Part shown: one piece after another, positions 1-11,887 of the stretch
Position numbering within the stretch: position 1 is the first letter of the stretch
Layout of the letters: each line of letters begins with the position of its first letter
Assembly (NCBI GenBank): GCA_043228905.1
Contig: JBHGNT010000014.1
Location: 4,464,001 to 4,528,000 of the forward strand
Origin: Azolla caroliniana
Lineage: Eukaryota > Plantae > Polypodiophyta
Direction: 5' to 3'
Length of the DNA: 64,000 nucleotides
Program-made: the position numbers and the translations under genes
The notes under the pieces: model-generated
The model's input: the letters and a program-made list of their open reading frames with translations, nothing else
Told to the model about the DNA's origin: nothing
Databases searched by the model: none

Positions 1-250
1 GCGAGTCAAGATCGGCGACGTCGAGATTGACCAGCACTTCTTCGTACAGGAGACGTCCTCGCACCCGGTCATATTAAGTGAACCATACATCACGGCGGCG
101 CGGATGGAGACCAAAGTGTTGGACAACGGGTCGGCCTACACGAGGGTCAAAAGCCAGGACGGGCGCCATTCGGTCCAATTTCTGACGGTGCGGCCGAACC
201 ACGAGAGAAACCGCGAATCCCTCGGTGGCGAGAACCGGGAGGATTTTTAG
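1..250 (+). pseudogene. 3' end of Gag-protease ORF of Gypsy element A (same family as 22721-27340), truncated by window start
   Basis: Frame 2 reads RVKIGDVEIDQHFFVQETSSHPVILSEPY...NHERNRESLGGENREDF*, clearly homologous to the end of ORF 23856-26057 (QHFFVQESASHPVILGQPY...NHERNRDSLRGESSDF*). Confidence 0.85.
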
Positions 251-307
251 AGAGGGCTGCCAAGGCGTGGGGCCGAGACAGCCCGGACACTCGGAAAGGA
301 CCCCACG
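241..307 (+). promoter_or_regulatory. -1 ribosomal frameshift signal: G GAT TTT slippery site + H-type pseudoknot
   Basis: GGATTTT 241-247 just before the TAG; the -1 frame is open into pol. Stem1 GGGCTG 254-259/CAGCCC 279-284; stem2 CGTGGGG 266-272/CCCCACG 301-307. Conserved at 26048-26110. Confidence 0.8.
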
Positions 308-3300
308 ACTGTACGATAAGTAGGAAATTCTGCTTCTCCAACAACGGAGGGTGTATGATAATCGGCATCGTCGGCCGAGAAAAGACAAGGGCGGAAGTGC
401 GACTTCGAGCGTGCGGAGTTCTCGGCCCAGACGAGGAAATCAGCGGAGCCGTGGAGGCGGTCTCCTTCGACGATACCTTGGGAATGCTGGGGGAGGTAGC
501 CGGAGAAGACCTTAATGAAGACCGGACGATACCGGTATGTTCCGAAGAGATGTACGGAGTCATTGCGGACTTCAGTCAGGGGCTCGGGTCGGATCGGACA
601 GCCCGAGTTAGCACGAAGTACAAGACTGTGGACCGGAAGGTAAGGCCAGTCGCGGCACCCTTACCGGAGGGCAGCGAGTCCCGAATTAGAGGGGTTGCGT
701 CGGATCCCAGTTTACGAGATCCGGCCTGCATAGGACACACCTTCACCGACGGGACGCTCCGGGACGCTCCGGGAGCTCAAAATCGGTGGGGGCGGGTTCC
801 TACTGCCGGCGGAGGAAGACCGGTTTCGGAGAATGCTCGGACGGCACGGGAAAGCCTTCGCATTCTCGCCGGAAGAGATCGGGTGCGTAGACCCGACAAT
901 CGTGGAGCCGATGGTGATATTCACGGTACCGCATGTACCGTGGAATCTCAAGCCGATTCCGGTACCAAGAGCTCACATCCCGAAGTTGATGGAGCTATTG
1001 AGGCAAAAAGTCGATATGGGCATTCTCGAACCGTCGAGTGCCCCATACTCGAACCGATGGTTTACCGTACCAAAGAAAAACGGAACAATGCGCTTCATTC
1101 AGGACCTGCAGCCGGTCAACAAAGTGACCATTCGGAACGCAGGAATCAGACCGACCATAGACGAGTTCGCAGAGGCCTTCGCCGGAAGGTCGATTTACTC
1201 GGTCGGTGATCTGTACTCGGGGTACGACCAGTTCCAGCTAGCCGTGGAGAGCAGAGACATTACGACGATGCGGACCCCCCTCGGCCTAGTGCGAATGTGT
1301 ACCCTGCCACAAGGAGGGACCAACTCGGTAGCCCACATGGTGAATGCAATGAACAAGGTATTGAGGGATTGCATCCCGGACATCACCATGCCGTTTCTAG
1401 ACGACATCCCGATCAAGGGGTGCCTGGTGGAGGAGAAGGACGAGACAGTCGGGCCGTACGGATGCCGGCAATTCGTGGCGAAACACATCGACGAATGCGA
1501 GAAGGTGCTACAAAGGCTAGAGGATGCGAGGCTCACCTTCTCCGGGGAGAAATCGGCCTTCGGGCAATCGGAAATCCTGGTGGTCGGACACCTATCTGGA
1601 CCATATGGCCGGAAGCCGTCTCCGGCAAAGGTAGAAGCCATTTCCGCGATGAAGACCGACTGTAGCTCGGTTACGGAAGTTCGGAGGTTCCTGGGGGCAT
1701 GCACATTCTACCACATATGGATCCCGCATTACGCCCACGTTGCGGAGCCGCTATACGGGTTGCTGAAGAAAGGGCGAAAATTCGAGTGGCGAGACGAGCA
1801 CACGGAGTCGGTCCGGAAGCTGAAGGAAGCTCTTGCGGCAGCACCGGCGCTCCGGAAGGCTGTCTACGAGAAGGGTACCCCGGTATACATAATGGTGGAT
1901 ACGAGTCCGACCGGGATCGGATGGGTCGTCAACCAAGAAGACAGGGATGGCATTCGGTTCCCGATCTGATTCGGCGGAAAGGTCCTCAGTGAACGACAGC
2001 GAGGGTACGCCTAGGTTAAACGCGAACTCTGGGATATCGTTTCGGCACTAAAGGCCGACAAAGACTACCTGATCGGGGCAGAAGTGATTATCGAGACGGA
2101 TTTCCTGCCAATTCTCGGCATGGTTTCCGGATGCGCGACACCGGACCTGGCGATGCTCAGGTGGATAGCGTACATCAAGTCCCTGGACCCGGAAATACGA
2201 CACATTTCCGGAAAAGACAACGCCATGGCCAACATGCTTTCGAGGGCGAGGTTTGATGACGAGGGCGGCATGGTTTTGGAGGACGAAGAAGTCGGCATGG
2301 ACTTCTTCAAGGCGAGCACTCCGGCACTTAACGGCTTCGACGAGAGCAAGTACGACGGCGAGTGGCTACAGATCGGTGGATTTTTGAGGACAATGACGCC
2401 GGATGCGTCATGGACGAAGGACGAGGCCAACCGGGTCCGGAAGAAAGCTTACCGATTCTTTCTCCGGGACGGATACTTATGGAAGCACCCGAAGAAGAGG
2501 AACGGCGTCCCGCTCCGGGTGGTGGCGATGAAGGAAGAACAAGAGGAGCTGCTGACGGCCTACCACGACAGCCCTTGGGCTGGACACCGTGGAACATGGG
2601 CCACGTTCGAGAAGATAAAGGGGAAGTACTGGTGGCCGGGACTGTACCGGGACGTGCATCGGTTCGTGACAACTTGCGAGAGCTGTCAGATGCACTCCGT
2701 AGTCCGACATCGGGACGAGCTTCACCCTACGTACCCGCTGACCATCCACTTCAAATGGATGGTAGATCTGATGACGATGCTGATGGGGGTAGGACAGATG
2801 CGGTACCTGGTCCTGGCTCGGGAAGATCTGACGAACCAGGTAGAAGGCCGAGCCCTTCAAAACAAAACGACTGCGGCCGTATGTCGGTTCCTGATTGAGG
2901 ACGTGATATGCCGGTACGGGTGCGTCGGGAAGATAGTGGCTGATCGTGGGGAGTTGGACGCCGAAAAGGCCGAGGAGCTGTTCGACCGGCTAGGAGTCAA
3001 GCTCTCGCTTACCACTGCGTACAATCCGGAGGCGAATGGAAAGGTGGAGCGCGGACACGGACCGATCGTCAAGGTGTTAGTTCGGGCATGCGGAGGTCAA
3101 GTCGGGAACTGGCCGCGGCTGTTGCCTTACGCGTTGTGGGCGGACCGAACTACGCACAGTTCAGTAACCGGATTCATGCCGGCAGAACTCATGTTTGGGC
3201 AGAAGCCGGTCATGCCGATGAAACGTACGATCTCCTCGTGGGCAACCGTGGACTGGGGAGACGAGATGAGCCGGGAGGAACTGTTGGCAGCGCATATACG

Positions 3301-3667
3301 ACAGCTCGAGCGAAGACCGGAGGACGTGGAGCAGGCTGCGGAAAAGCTTCAGGAAGCAAGGATGAGGAACAAAGCCCGGTTCGACCGAACGCACCGGCTC
3401 CGACCGAAGAAGATCGAGGAAGGCGACTGGGTGCTAGTCTACGACAGCAGCCTTGACAACCAGCACCGAGCGACACGGAAGTTCGCAAGAAGCTGGTTCG
3501 GGCCTTACGTGGTACAAAGCGCCAACGACAACGGGACGTACCATCTGGCGGAGCTCGACGGCACGAGAATGGCGATACCGGTAGCTGGGAAGCGGATCAA
3601 AACGTTCAAGAAGCGTCACGACGACGAGCCAGATCCGGTTGGCCTGGACCGCGACGGTTGTAACTGA
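241..3667 (+). pseudogene. Gypsy element A pol (RT-RNaseH-integrase), inactivated
   Basis: RT motifs DLYSGYDQ, LPQGGTNS, FLDD; RNaseH VDTSPTG; integrase HHCC (GHRG..CESC) and D,D-35-E core. Broken by a 10-bp tandem duplication at 751-770 (frameshift) and stops at 1967-1969 and 2012-2014. Confidence 0.92.
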
Positions 3668-4145
3668 CTTCGTGTTTTGTTGTCTTCATGTTCTTGTTGT
3701 TTGTCTTTGTTAATACATACATACATTCGTGTCTTTCTGTGTCGCTGTCCCGCTTGCGTCTTTGCGTCAAAGGGCCGTGTCCCTGTGGATCTACGCTCGT
3801 ACGTGGAGGGTCTCTTCTCCTTCCTCTCTTGCTCTTTGGTACAGGACCCCCGAGGTTCCGCCTCATTCCACGCATCCACGAGGAATACCTCGACAACGCC
3901 TTGCTGCTGATGGAATACTCACCGAAATATTCGAACAAGATTTGACTTGAAGGGTTTTCGATCGTTTGAAGTCCTCCTGCTTTTATCCCTGTGAGCGCCT
4001 GCACCGCTCCTTCCGTGATTTTTGATAAATCAATCGATGCTGCCGCCTGCTCTGGTTCTGTGTGTGGTGGAGCGTCGGCGATCCGCAACAATCCTTCTAA
4101 CCCGTTCTCCATCATCCATTGGCGTGCCTCTTCCTACAGTGCCAT
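3606..4145 (-). pseudogene. Possible extra ORF 3' of Gypsy B integrase, unknown function
   Basis: ATG at 4145, one in-frame TAG (4136-4134), continuing into the 169-aa ORF; TATA-like ACTATATAAG at 4290-4281 upstream. No recognisable domain. Confidence 0.3.
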
Positions 4146-4556
4146 TGGTTCGAATTCGTCTTCTGCTGTCTGTTGTTCGGGATCAGGATGTGTGTGCGCT
4201 GTGCGTCGGATCGCTCTTCTGTGCTTCTGCGCCTGTGTGTAGGAAAATTCGTAAAAAGTAAGTCCTTCGCAGGCCTGTGTCTTATATAGTGGCTTTTACC
4301 TCGAGCCGCCCTTTTTCGTTTCCCGCGCATGTCTATCTCCCGCCATAATTAGTATGTCCTTTCTTGCTTGCCGCGTGTGAGTAATACCTCGTACGTCGGT
4401 GCCCACGTTCTATGCTTTAAATAGCAAGTACGCGCACGTCCTCCTTTACTGCATGGCGCCTCTTCGTTGCATGGTGGCGCTCCCACCTCTTGTGATCTCC
4501 CCATCATTACTATGATTTTCTTTTTTTCTTTTTTTTTTCTGTTTGTTTGGACCATG

Positions 4557-7500
4557 TCATTTTCTAGTCCCCCCCGATTTGTTCGGGTCGGTTCGCACTG
4601 ATACCGGATCCTTCTGTCGGTTTTCCGGGATAGTCTTCGTCAGTATCGGTGTCGGTTCTTCCTCGGTCCGGATATCTGCAGCAGCGTCTGTCGGTGTCGG
4701 TTCCTCATCGTGCCGGATTTCCGGGTCTTGCTTGAACGGGTTGGCTGACATATTTCCCTTATACGGCTTTAGCCGAAACCCATTTGCCCACTTACCGATG
4801 ACTTCTCCAGACAACGTGCCGAGCTGATACGACCCATTGTACTCCTTGGTGATCCAGAATGGTCCGGTCCACCGAAACCGCAACTTTCCCGGCATGTTCC
4901 CCATCTGTGTCTGGAACAGTAGCACCGGTTTCCCGACTTCGAACTCCTTTTCGTTGCCACGCCGGTGTCGGTCCACGAAAGCTTTTCTCCTCCTTTGCTC
5001 CAGTTCGAGTTGTAGTAATCTGGCTATTCGGTTTTCTTCTAATTCCAACAACGTCGCCAGCCGGATTCATTCGGACTCCTTCTCACTTAAGCGCTCCTTT
5101 ACCTGGATCCGTAAGCTGGGGATCTGGAACTCTACCGGCATGACCGCTTCTAAACCGAATGCTAGTCGGAACGGGGTTGTCCGGATGCTGGTTTTGTACG
5201 TTGTTCGGTATGCCCATAGCGCGCTCTGCAATTTCGTATCCCAGTCGGTCCGGTTCTCGTTGACGATTTTTCGTAGAATGTTCTGCAGAGTTTTGTTCGT
5301 CGATTCCGCTAGTCCATTGGCTTGAGGGTAGTAGGGAGTACTCCTTTTATGTACCACCGCGTAAAATGACGTCGGGCTTTCTACTACCTGCCCGAGAAAG
5401 TGTCCTCCTTGGTCACTTATAAGCTCGATCGGGCATCCATACCGTCACCATATGCACTCGTACAGGAACTTTGCCGTGGACGCGGTCGTGTTGTCCCGTA
5501 AGGCCTTCACTTCTACCCATTTGGTGCAATAGTCGGTCGCCACTATGACATACCGATTTCCGGTTCGCATTGCCGGTGGCTTGAAGGGACCGACAAAGTC
5601 CAAACCCCACTTTTGAAACGGTTCCAATGGCAAGACCGGGTGGTGTGGCATCCGGGCCTGCTTCGTGGGTTGGCCCAGTTGTTGACACAAATCACATTCT
5701 CTGCTATACTTCACGACATCTTTTAGGGTGGTGGGCCACCACAGTCCGCTCTGCCATATTTTCCGAGCGGTTGCGTCGCCGGCATAATGCCAGCCGGAAA
5801 TTCCACAGTGGGCTTCCCTGAGGATTAGATCCTTCTCATCGCTCCGCACTGCTCGTTTCCAGATGCCATCTGCCCCCTTGTGATAGAGGGTGTCTCCAAC
5901 CAAGCAGAAATGTCTGCTTCTTACTGCTACCCTTTTCCTTTCATCGCGGTCCATGTTCTCCGGGGGTATCCGGTGCTCAAGAACTGATGCATCTCAGTTA
6001 GCCACGTGTCTTCATCGGCTACCGTTGCATCCGTTGCTGGTTCCGTCGTGATCCGGAACAACTCGGTGTCGGGCAACTCATCCTGGACGCCGTCCCCTGC
6101 TTCTCCGAATTCGAGTCTGCTTAGGTAGTCCGCTACCGCATGCTGCACCCCGGGTCGGTGGAAAATGTCGAATTCAAATTCCTGTAACAGCAGTGTCCAT
6201 CGTGCAATTTTTCCCGTCAGGGATGCCTTCGAGACCAGGTAAAGTAGTGCCGAATAGTCGACATGGAAGGAAAACTTCCTTCCGAGCAGATAGTGCCTGT
6301 ACTTTGTGACACTATACACCATTCCTAATGCCTCGCGTTCCGTCGTAGAGTAGTTCCGTTCGGCTTTTGAGAGTTTCTGGCTTGCGTAGTACACCGGCCG
6401 GTACCATTTCGGCTCCGTGAGTTGCATCAGAACGCTGCCGATTGCTACGTCCGACGCGTCGACGAAGACGTGAAAGCTTTTACTCCAATCCGGCGGTTGC
6501 ACCACCGGAGCTTGTGACAGCATAACCTTCAACGCTTGGTAGGCTTTCTCCTCCGTCTCCGCCCATAGGAAGGGTACCCTGTGTACGGCGGTATGCAATG
6601 GTGTAGCGAAGTCTGCGAGGTGCCGTATCATCCGGCTATGCCACCTTATTTGGCCCAGGAACCGGCTTAAAGCCTTTGCGTTACTTGGTGCTGGTGCCTC
6701 GAGAATCACCTTTACTTTATCCGGATCTACCGCAATTCCTTCCTTACTCACCACGTGCCCTAGTAAGTTGCCGCTTGCTACTCCAAAGACGCACTTGGCC
6801 GGGTTCAGACTCAACTGGTACTCGCGGCACTTCTCCAAGCACAGCCGGAGGTGATCGAGATGCTCTCCGTGCCGGCTGTAGACCGCGAAATCATCAAGGA
6901 AGACCTGCATAAAACCGGGGATATATTCCCCGAAAATTTCCATTATTATCCTTTGAAAGGTCGTTGGGGCCGTCTTTAGTCCGAACATCATCACGACCGC
7001 GACGAACACTCCCCATTCCGTAACGAACGTTGTCTTCTCCTGGTCGGCCGGGTTCATTCGTATTTGGTTGTAACCGCTAAATCCATCCAGGAAGCTGTAA
7101 ACTTCGTGGCCGGCTACCGCATCTAACACCCCGTCCGTAAATGGTAGTGGAAACGCATCGGTCACTGTTGCGGCATTTAGTTTCCGGTAGTCCACGCATA
7201 CCCGGATTTTGCCGTTCTTTTTCGGGACCACCACTATCGGACTCAGCCAGGTTGCCTGCTTGACCGGTCGGATAAATCCGACCCGGAGGAGCTTATCAAT
7301 CTCCTCCTTCACCTTCACCGCATAATTCGGATTCATCCGGTACCTGCGTTGAGCGATCGGTTTCGCGTCCGTACTTAGGTGAATTTGGTGCTGATAGAGT
7401 TGGGGGTCCAGCCCTCGCATGTCTTCGTACGACCATGCGAACACATCCTTGAAGTCTGTTAATAATGCTACCATTGCCTTCTTTTCTTCCTTCGGCAATT

Positions 7501-10437
7501 CCTTTGCGACATTTACCGGTCGGGGCTTGTCTGTTGTGCCGAGGTCCACCTCCTCTAGTTGGGATGCTTTTACCCTCTAGGATATCGTCATTTCCCTCTC
7601 TAGGGACTCCTGCGCTTGTCGCAGTTCCCGGATCGCCGCTTGGTCCGGTTCGTCCGGCGTCGTGATGTACGGTTCTACTGCCGCCGTGATATCCACCTCA
7701 AATAGTGGGACGATTCGTGGGTGTTCCTCGAGGTACCGATCGACTTCCTCGTCCGGTAATCCCTCCAACATGTTGATGCTTTTCGCATACAATGGAGTTG
7801 CTTCCTTACTGGCGATCACCCGTGGTTGCGTCGTTACTCGTACCTTTGTTTTCCCTCGCCGGAATGTGATCATGTTCTTTTGCCAGTTCTGCTTGATATG
7901 CGTCGTTCGCAGCCATGGTTGTCCTAGCAGTAGGGGGTACGCGCCTTGTACATTCAGCTGCAGCACCACGGCCGATATCCGGAATACGTGGCCTCCGATC
8001 GTTACTTCCAAATCCCAAATAAGCCCGGTCGGTTGGACTGAGCTAGTATCCGCCATGCGTAACCAGAAGGGGCATAGTTCCCATTCCCGGATGCCCAGGT
8101 TGTCGCATGTCTGTCGGCTGATGACATTTACCCCGAAGCCTCCGTCAATAATCGTTCCAGCAATTTCCTTTCCTTTCACAATTGCCGTGATCGCCGGGCT
8201 ACTTGTATCGACCACAGCTGGTCCTTCCTCCAGGTTGGAGAAGAATGCCGGTGCTGGCGTCGGCTTCGGTTTGCTCACGGATGCCTGTAAGTCTGCCGTA
8301 AACCGTGGCACCAACTGTAGTAGCCGTGCTAACGGCAGCACGATTTGACAGTCCTGTAGCGCTTGCCACGTCGGGTTTTCTCCTGGCTGTATGATTTCTT
8401 CGTCTTTTGGCATATTTTGGTCTCTTACTTCTGCCGCATTCTGTTCATTGGCCTCCTTGATCCATTGCGCCGCTTGTTTTTTGATTGCCTCCTGGGCTTC
8501 CCACTCGGCGGTCTTTCCCTTTGACCGGGTTGTGACCTGCTGTACTTCTGTTATTTCGGTTGTAACCATGTTGACTGTCGGCTGCTTGTCATTGGTTTTG
8601 CTTGGGCATTGGTTACTATAATGGCCCTCCTTACGGCAGTAATAACAGTACACCTTGTGACTGTTGCTCGTTTCTCCTTTGTCCCCGGTTTGGAGGGTGG
8701 GTATACTTCGGCGGTCGTCTTCGGTTTTTCGGTTATCCGGTACCGATACCGGGTTGTCATTTCTTGCTGCCTCCCGACGTTCCTCTCTTCGGAAAAATCC
8801 ACGCTTCTGATTTCGTCGGAAATTTCGGTTCCCTTGTCGCCTCTCTTCTCTGCGTCGTTCGTATTCCGGGGATTCGTCTCGGTCGTACCGGTCCCGGGGG
8901 TAGCTATCTCTGCGTTTCTCCTCTCGGTCATAGTTATCGCGTCTTCTATCAGCGTATCTGTTACCGCGTTCGCGTTAGTAGCGGTCGTCTCTCCGGAATC
9001 GATCCTCATCCGGGTTGTGATTGCGCGGTTCTATGTGTCGAACCGGTGCTGCCTGCCGATTTAAGAGGTTATATTCGCATCGGTCCGTTGTATGGGCTCG
9101 AGAGTTGCAGATCATACATTGTGTCCGCAGGGTGCAGTCTACCGTTGAGTGGCCCGAATTTAGGCATGTTGTGCATTGTAAGGCCTGTCGGAACCTCAGG
9201 TCTTCCTCCTTCGGGAGTGCCCGGTGTAACATCCCCATCGACAAGAAGGAGCTAGTCTTGTCCATTTCTAAGACCCGATCAATAACTTGGTCCATTGTGC
9301 TGGTGTGGAAATCAAGGACTCCGCACATTGTTCGAAGTGGCTCTTTCAGCGCGGCCAAAAAGACTGCTTTGGCTTCATCTTCGGGTGGTGCTCTCGTCAG
9401 TTGGCTGTGCAGGGTCTGAAACCGAATGATGAATTGTGGCACAGTCTCGTTCTCTTCCTGCCGGGTGGTGTAGAACTGCCCGACCAATTCCCTTTGCTCA
9501 ACTTGTCTGTGAAAAAGCCTGAGGAATTTGGCCTTCAAGGCATCGAATGTGGCAAAGCTGCCCGGTAAGTGCTTTGCGTGCCATCGGGCCGCCGGTCCTT
9601 CTAAGGTCATGCCGAATTCGGCGACTTTGGATCGTTCGGCTTCGGGCTCCATCAGTCTTTGGGAGACATGGTTGGCTTCCCATGTTTGGAGGAATGCGTA
9701 CACGTGTGCCTCCGCGTCGGGCTCATCCCGGTACTTTGGGTATGGGTACAGCATCGTGTCGTCCAACTGACTCTCCTGCTTTCTCCGCTCTCTGTCCGTT
9801 GTTGGCGTCGGTGTGAGAACCTTTGGTTCCTCCGCAGTTGGTGCCGGTATCCGCTCCTTCAGTTCCTCCGCGGGTGTTGCCGGTGTCCGGTCCTTTGGTT
9901 CCTCCGCGGGTGTTGTCGGTATCTGCTCCTTCGGTTCCTTCGCGGGTGTTGTCGGTATCCGCTCCTTCGGTTCCTTCGCGGGTGTTGTCGGTTTCCGGTC
10001 AGCCTCCCTCGGCGATTGCCGGTCACCGAACTCCAAGGTTATTTCTTCCTCTGGCTCCGGTGTTACTGAGTCTTCCGACTCCTCTTCCCCCGGGTCGTTT
10101 GGTGTGTCGTGGCTGCTTTTATACCGAGACGCAACGCTTTCGTCGCTTTCCGACTCCGCCTCAAGTGTTGCGAATGCTTCCGAGTCCCCGTCGCCATCGG
10201 CGAGCGTCTGTAGTATCGTTTCCACCTCTTGCAGGCTTGTTATGCTACTGCCTTCGTCGGGGACTTGCAGAACCCGGAACTGTAGTGCTTCTTCTGCGAC
10301 TCTCCGAAGAGTTTTGGAGAATGACCGATCTCGGCGGATCTCGTCGACGGCTTGTTGCAGGGCTTCCCGTCGTTGCTCTCGTTCAGTGTATCGTCTCCCT
10401 CGTTCGGTGATGTGGTCGTCGTTTGGTCTAGACATCC
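4557..10437 (-). pseudogene. Gypsy element B single gag-pol ORF (Gag, CCHC knuckles, PR, RT, RNaseH, INT; non-chromoviral), decayed
   Basis: ORFs 8975-10519, 7577-8653 and 5927-7549 are one frame split by single stops. PR IIDGGFG; RT FLDGFSGYNQ, FLDD; [26 protein letters not shown]. Frameshift near 5960; stops at 5445 and 5067. Confidence 0.92.
9810..9992 (-). repeat. 36-bp tandem repeat (about 5 copies) in Gypsy B gag encoding PTTPAKEPKERI-like units
   Basis: PTTPAKEPKERI/PTTPAKEPKEQI/PTTPAEEPKDRT/PATPAEELKERI/PAPTAEEPKVLT in the translation. Confidence 0.9.
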
Positions 10438-10470
10438 ATCCCCCGGTTGTCCTCTGCACTTTGCAGGAAT

Positions 10471-10876
10471 CGTGGTCGCCAAAATAGTGTTGTCTGCCTG
10501 GCCGGACTAGCCTCAACACAGGTGTCTATCCGACACTTCTCCAAAGGGGTGGTAAGGATTGGATGCTAGGTTACACGCGTAAGATGATTACACTAAGCAC
10601 AGACGGTAAAACAATACAAAGATAAAGATAAACACGCAATAATTATATTTGTATTACTTCCGTAAAGCATTTACAAATCATCGGATCCTTTTATAGGCAT
10701 CCGGCAAGGTTACAATCGGTGCACTTAGACAACCGGCATCCGAATCGGTCCGGATCCGGATCGGTACAACTGTACCAGATCCGTCCCTCCGAATAATAAT
10801 TATACTATTATTTACTTCCTATTATCCGATCCGACTCCGCCTTCCCACTTGTCCTTGCTCTTCTGACCGGTCAACA
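10471..10876 (-). mobile_element. Gypsy B 5' LTR (10488-10876) and PBS
   Basis: Minus strand TGTTGA...GACAACA, then TGGCGACCACG (10481-10471), which resembles the complement of a plant tRNA-Arg 3' end. No partner 3' LTR in the window. Confidence 0.7.
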
Positions 10877-11126
10877 GTAAGAAATTGGATATCCAATTGA
10901 TGTATCAATCTTGTTCTTCAAATCTAAAGTCAAGAGTTCAAACTTAATCTCTCTCAATCTAAAGTGAAGCATTCTATCTTATCTCAATCTCTCTCTTTCA
11001 ATCTATCTTAATTCCTTTCTCGCTAAAGGTAGTGCAAACTTCGAGTCCTTCCAATCCAGAACCTCGGCGGTTCCGCCTCATGATCCGCGTGTAGTGACGG
11101 ATCTTCACAACAGAATTAAGTGGTGA
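10877..11126 (+). mobile_element. 3' part of a 5' LTR + first 6 nt of PBS, tRNA-Trp Gypsy family
   Basis: Inverted near-copy of about 18123-18372; ends ATCTTCACAACA-GAATTAAG-TGGTGA. Gypsy B is inserted into this LTR. Confidence 0.85.
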
Positions 11127-11887
11127 TAGATGTCTTTGACTCATTCACAGCAGTGTCTTTGATATATGTTTTGATCACATCCTTTGGATCCTCATGGATT
11201 GTTTGGCCATCGCCATCCCTTGTCATATTTTGCTCAAACTCTTGGTTGCACATATCAACTTTAACCCTTGCTTCTTCCCATCACTATCCTTCTCGTGGGT
11301 CTTACATCGGTTAATGCCCAAGTCTCTAGAACGAGTGTGGAGGGACCCATACATTTCCATCGTTCGCCTTTTTCGTGCTGCACTTAGTCATTTCCATCTT
11401 AAAGTTGTTCGAATCAGTATTGACCTTTGCTTCCTCGCTGCCAACTTCCGTCTCTTGGGTCTTACATCGGTTAATGCCCAAGTCTCTAGAACTAGTGCGA
11501 GGAAAGGCTCTTCATGGCCATTCACCATCTTCGCCTTGACGTCATTTTCCATAACTATCTCTTCAAAGTCATGGGCCTCGTACCCATTGATCCTTTTTAT
11601 TGAGCAATTCTTTATTATGTTTCTCTCTTTGTCGCATGTGTTAGTCATGTTTTACTCGTACAAAATCAGTCGGACAAACGAAATTCCGGTAGATTGTCAC
11701 GAAATGCACTTCGTCGTCACCTCCCGTATCTTGGGTCTTACATCGGTTCTCGGACGCAATTGCCCAAGTCTCTGGTGCATGTGTGGAGAAAATCTGGTAA
11801 TGGTCGTTTATCTTGTTCATAGTCACCTCCTCGATGTCGTCTTTAGTAGCTAGATCCTCAATTACACTAGCCTCGCACTCTTTATCT
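11127..11887 (-). pseudogene. Degenerate continuation of the minus-strand Trp-family gag, with three about 45-bp repeats
   Basis: Contiguous with 17215 onward across the Copia TSD; GGGTCTTACATCGGTT...GCCCAAGTCTCT repeated near 11297, 11457 and 11733. Confidence 0.55.

Noticed and set aside
751-770. Second frameshift in element A pol as programmed recoding
   Set aside because: Explained by a 10-bp tandem duplication; the relative at about 26580 stays in frame.
7577-7579. In-frame TAG between PR and RT (and TAA at 8975) as programmed readthrough
   Set aside because: The element has several other stops consistent with C>T decay (CAG/CAA/CGA), and no readthrough context is evident.
7662-10487. 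Many long antisense ORFs over the GC-rich elements
   Set aside because: Expected shadow frames of GC-rich coding sequence; no independent motifs.
11194-11853. 219-aa hydrophobic plus-strand ORF as an env-like gene
   Set aside because: It is the antisense shadow of an A-rich repetitive gag tail and has no recognisable motif.
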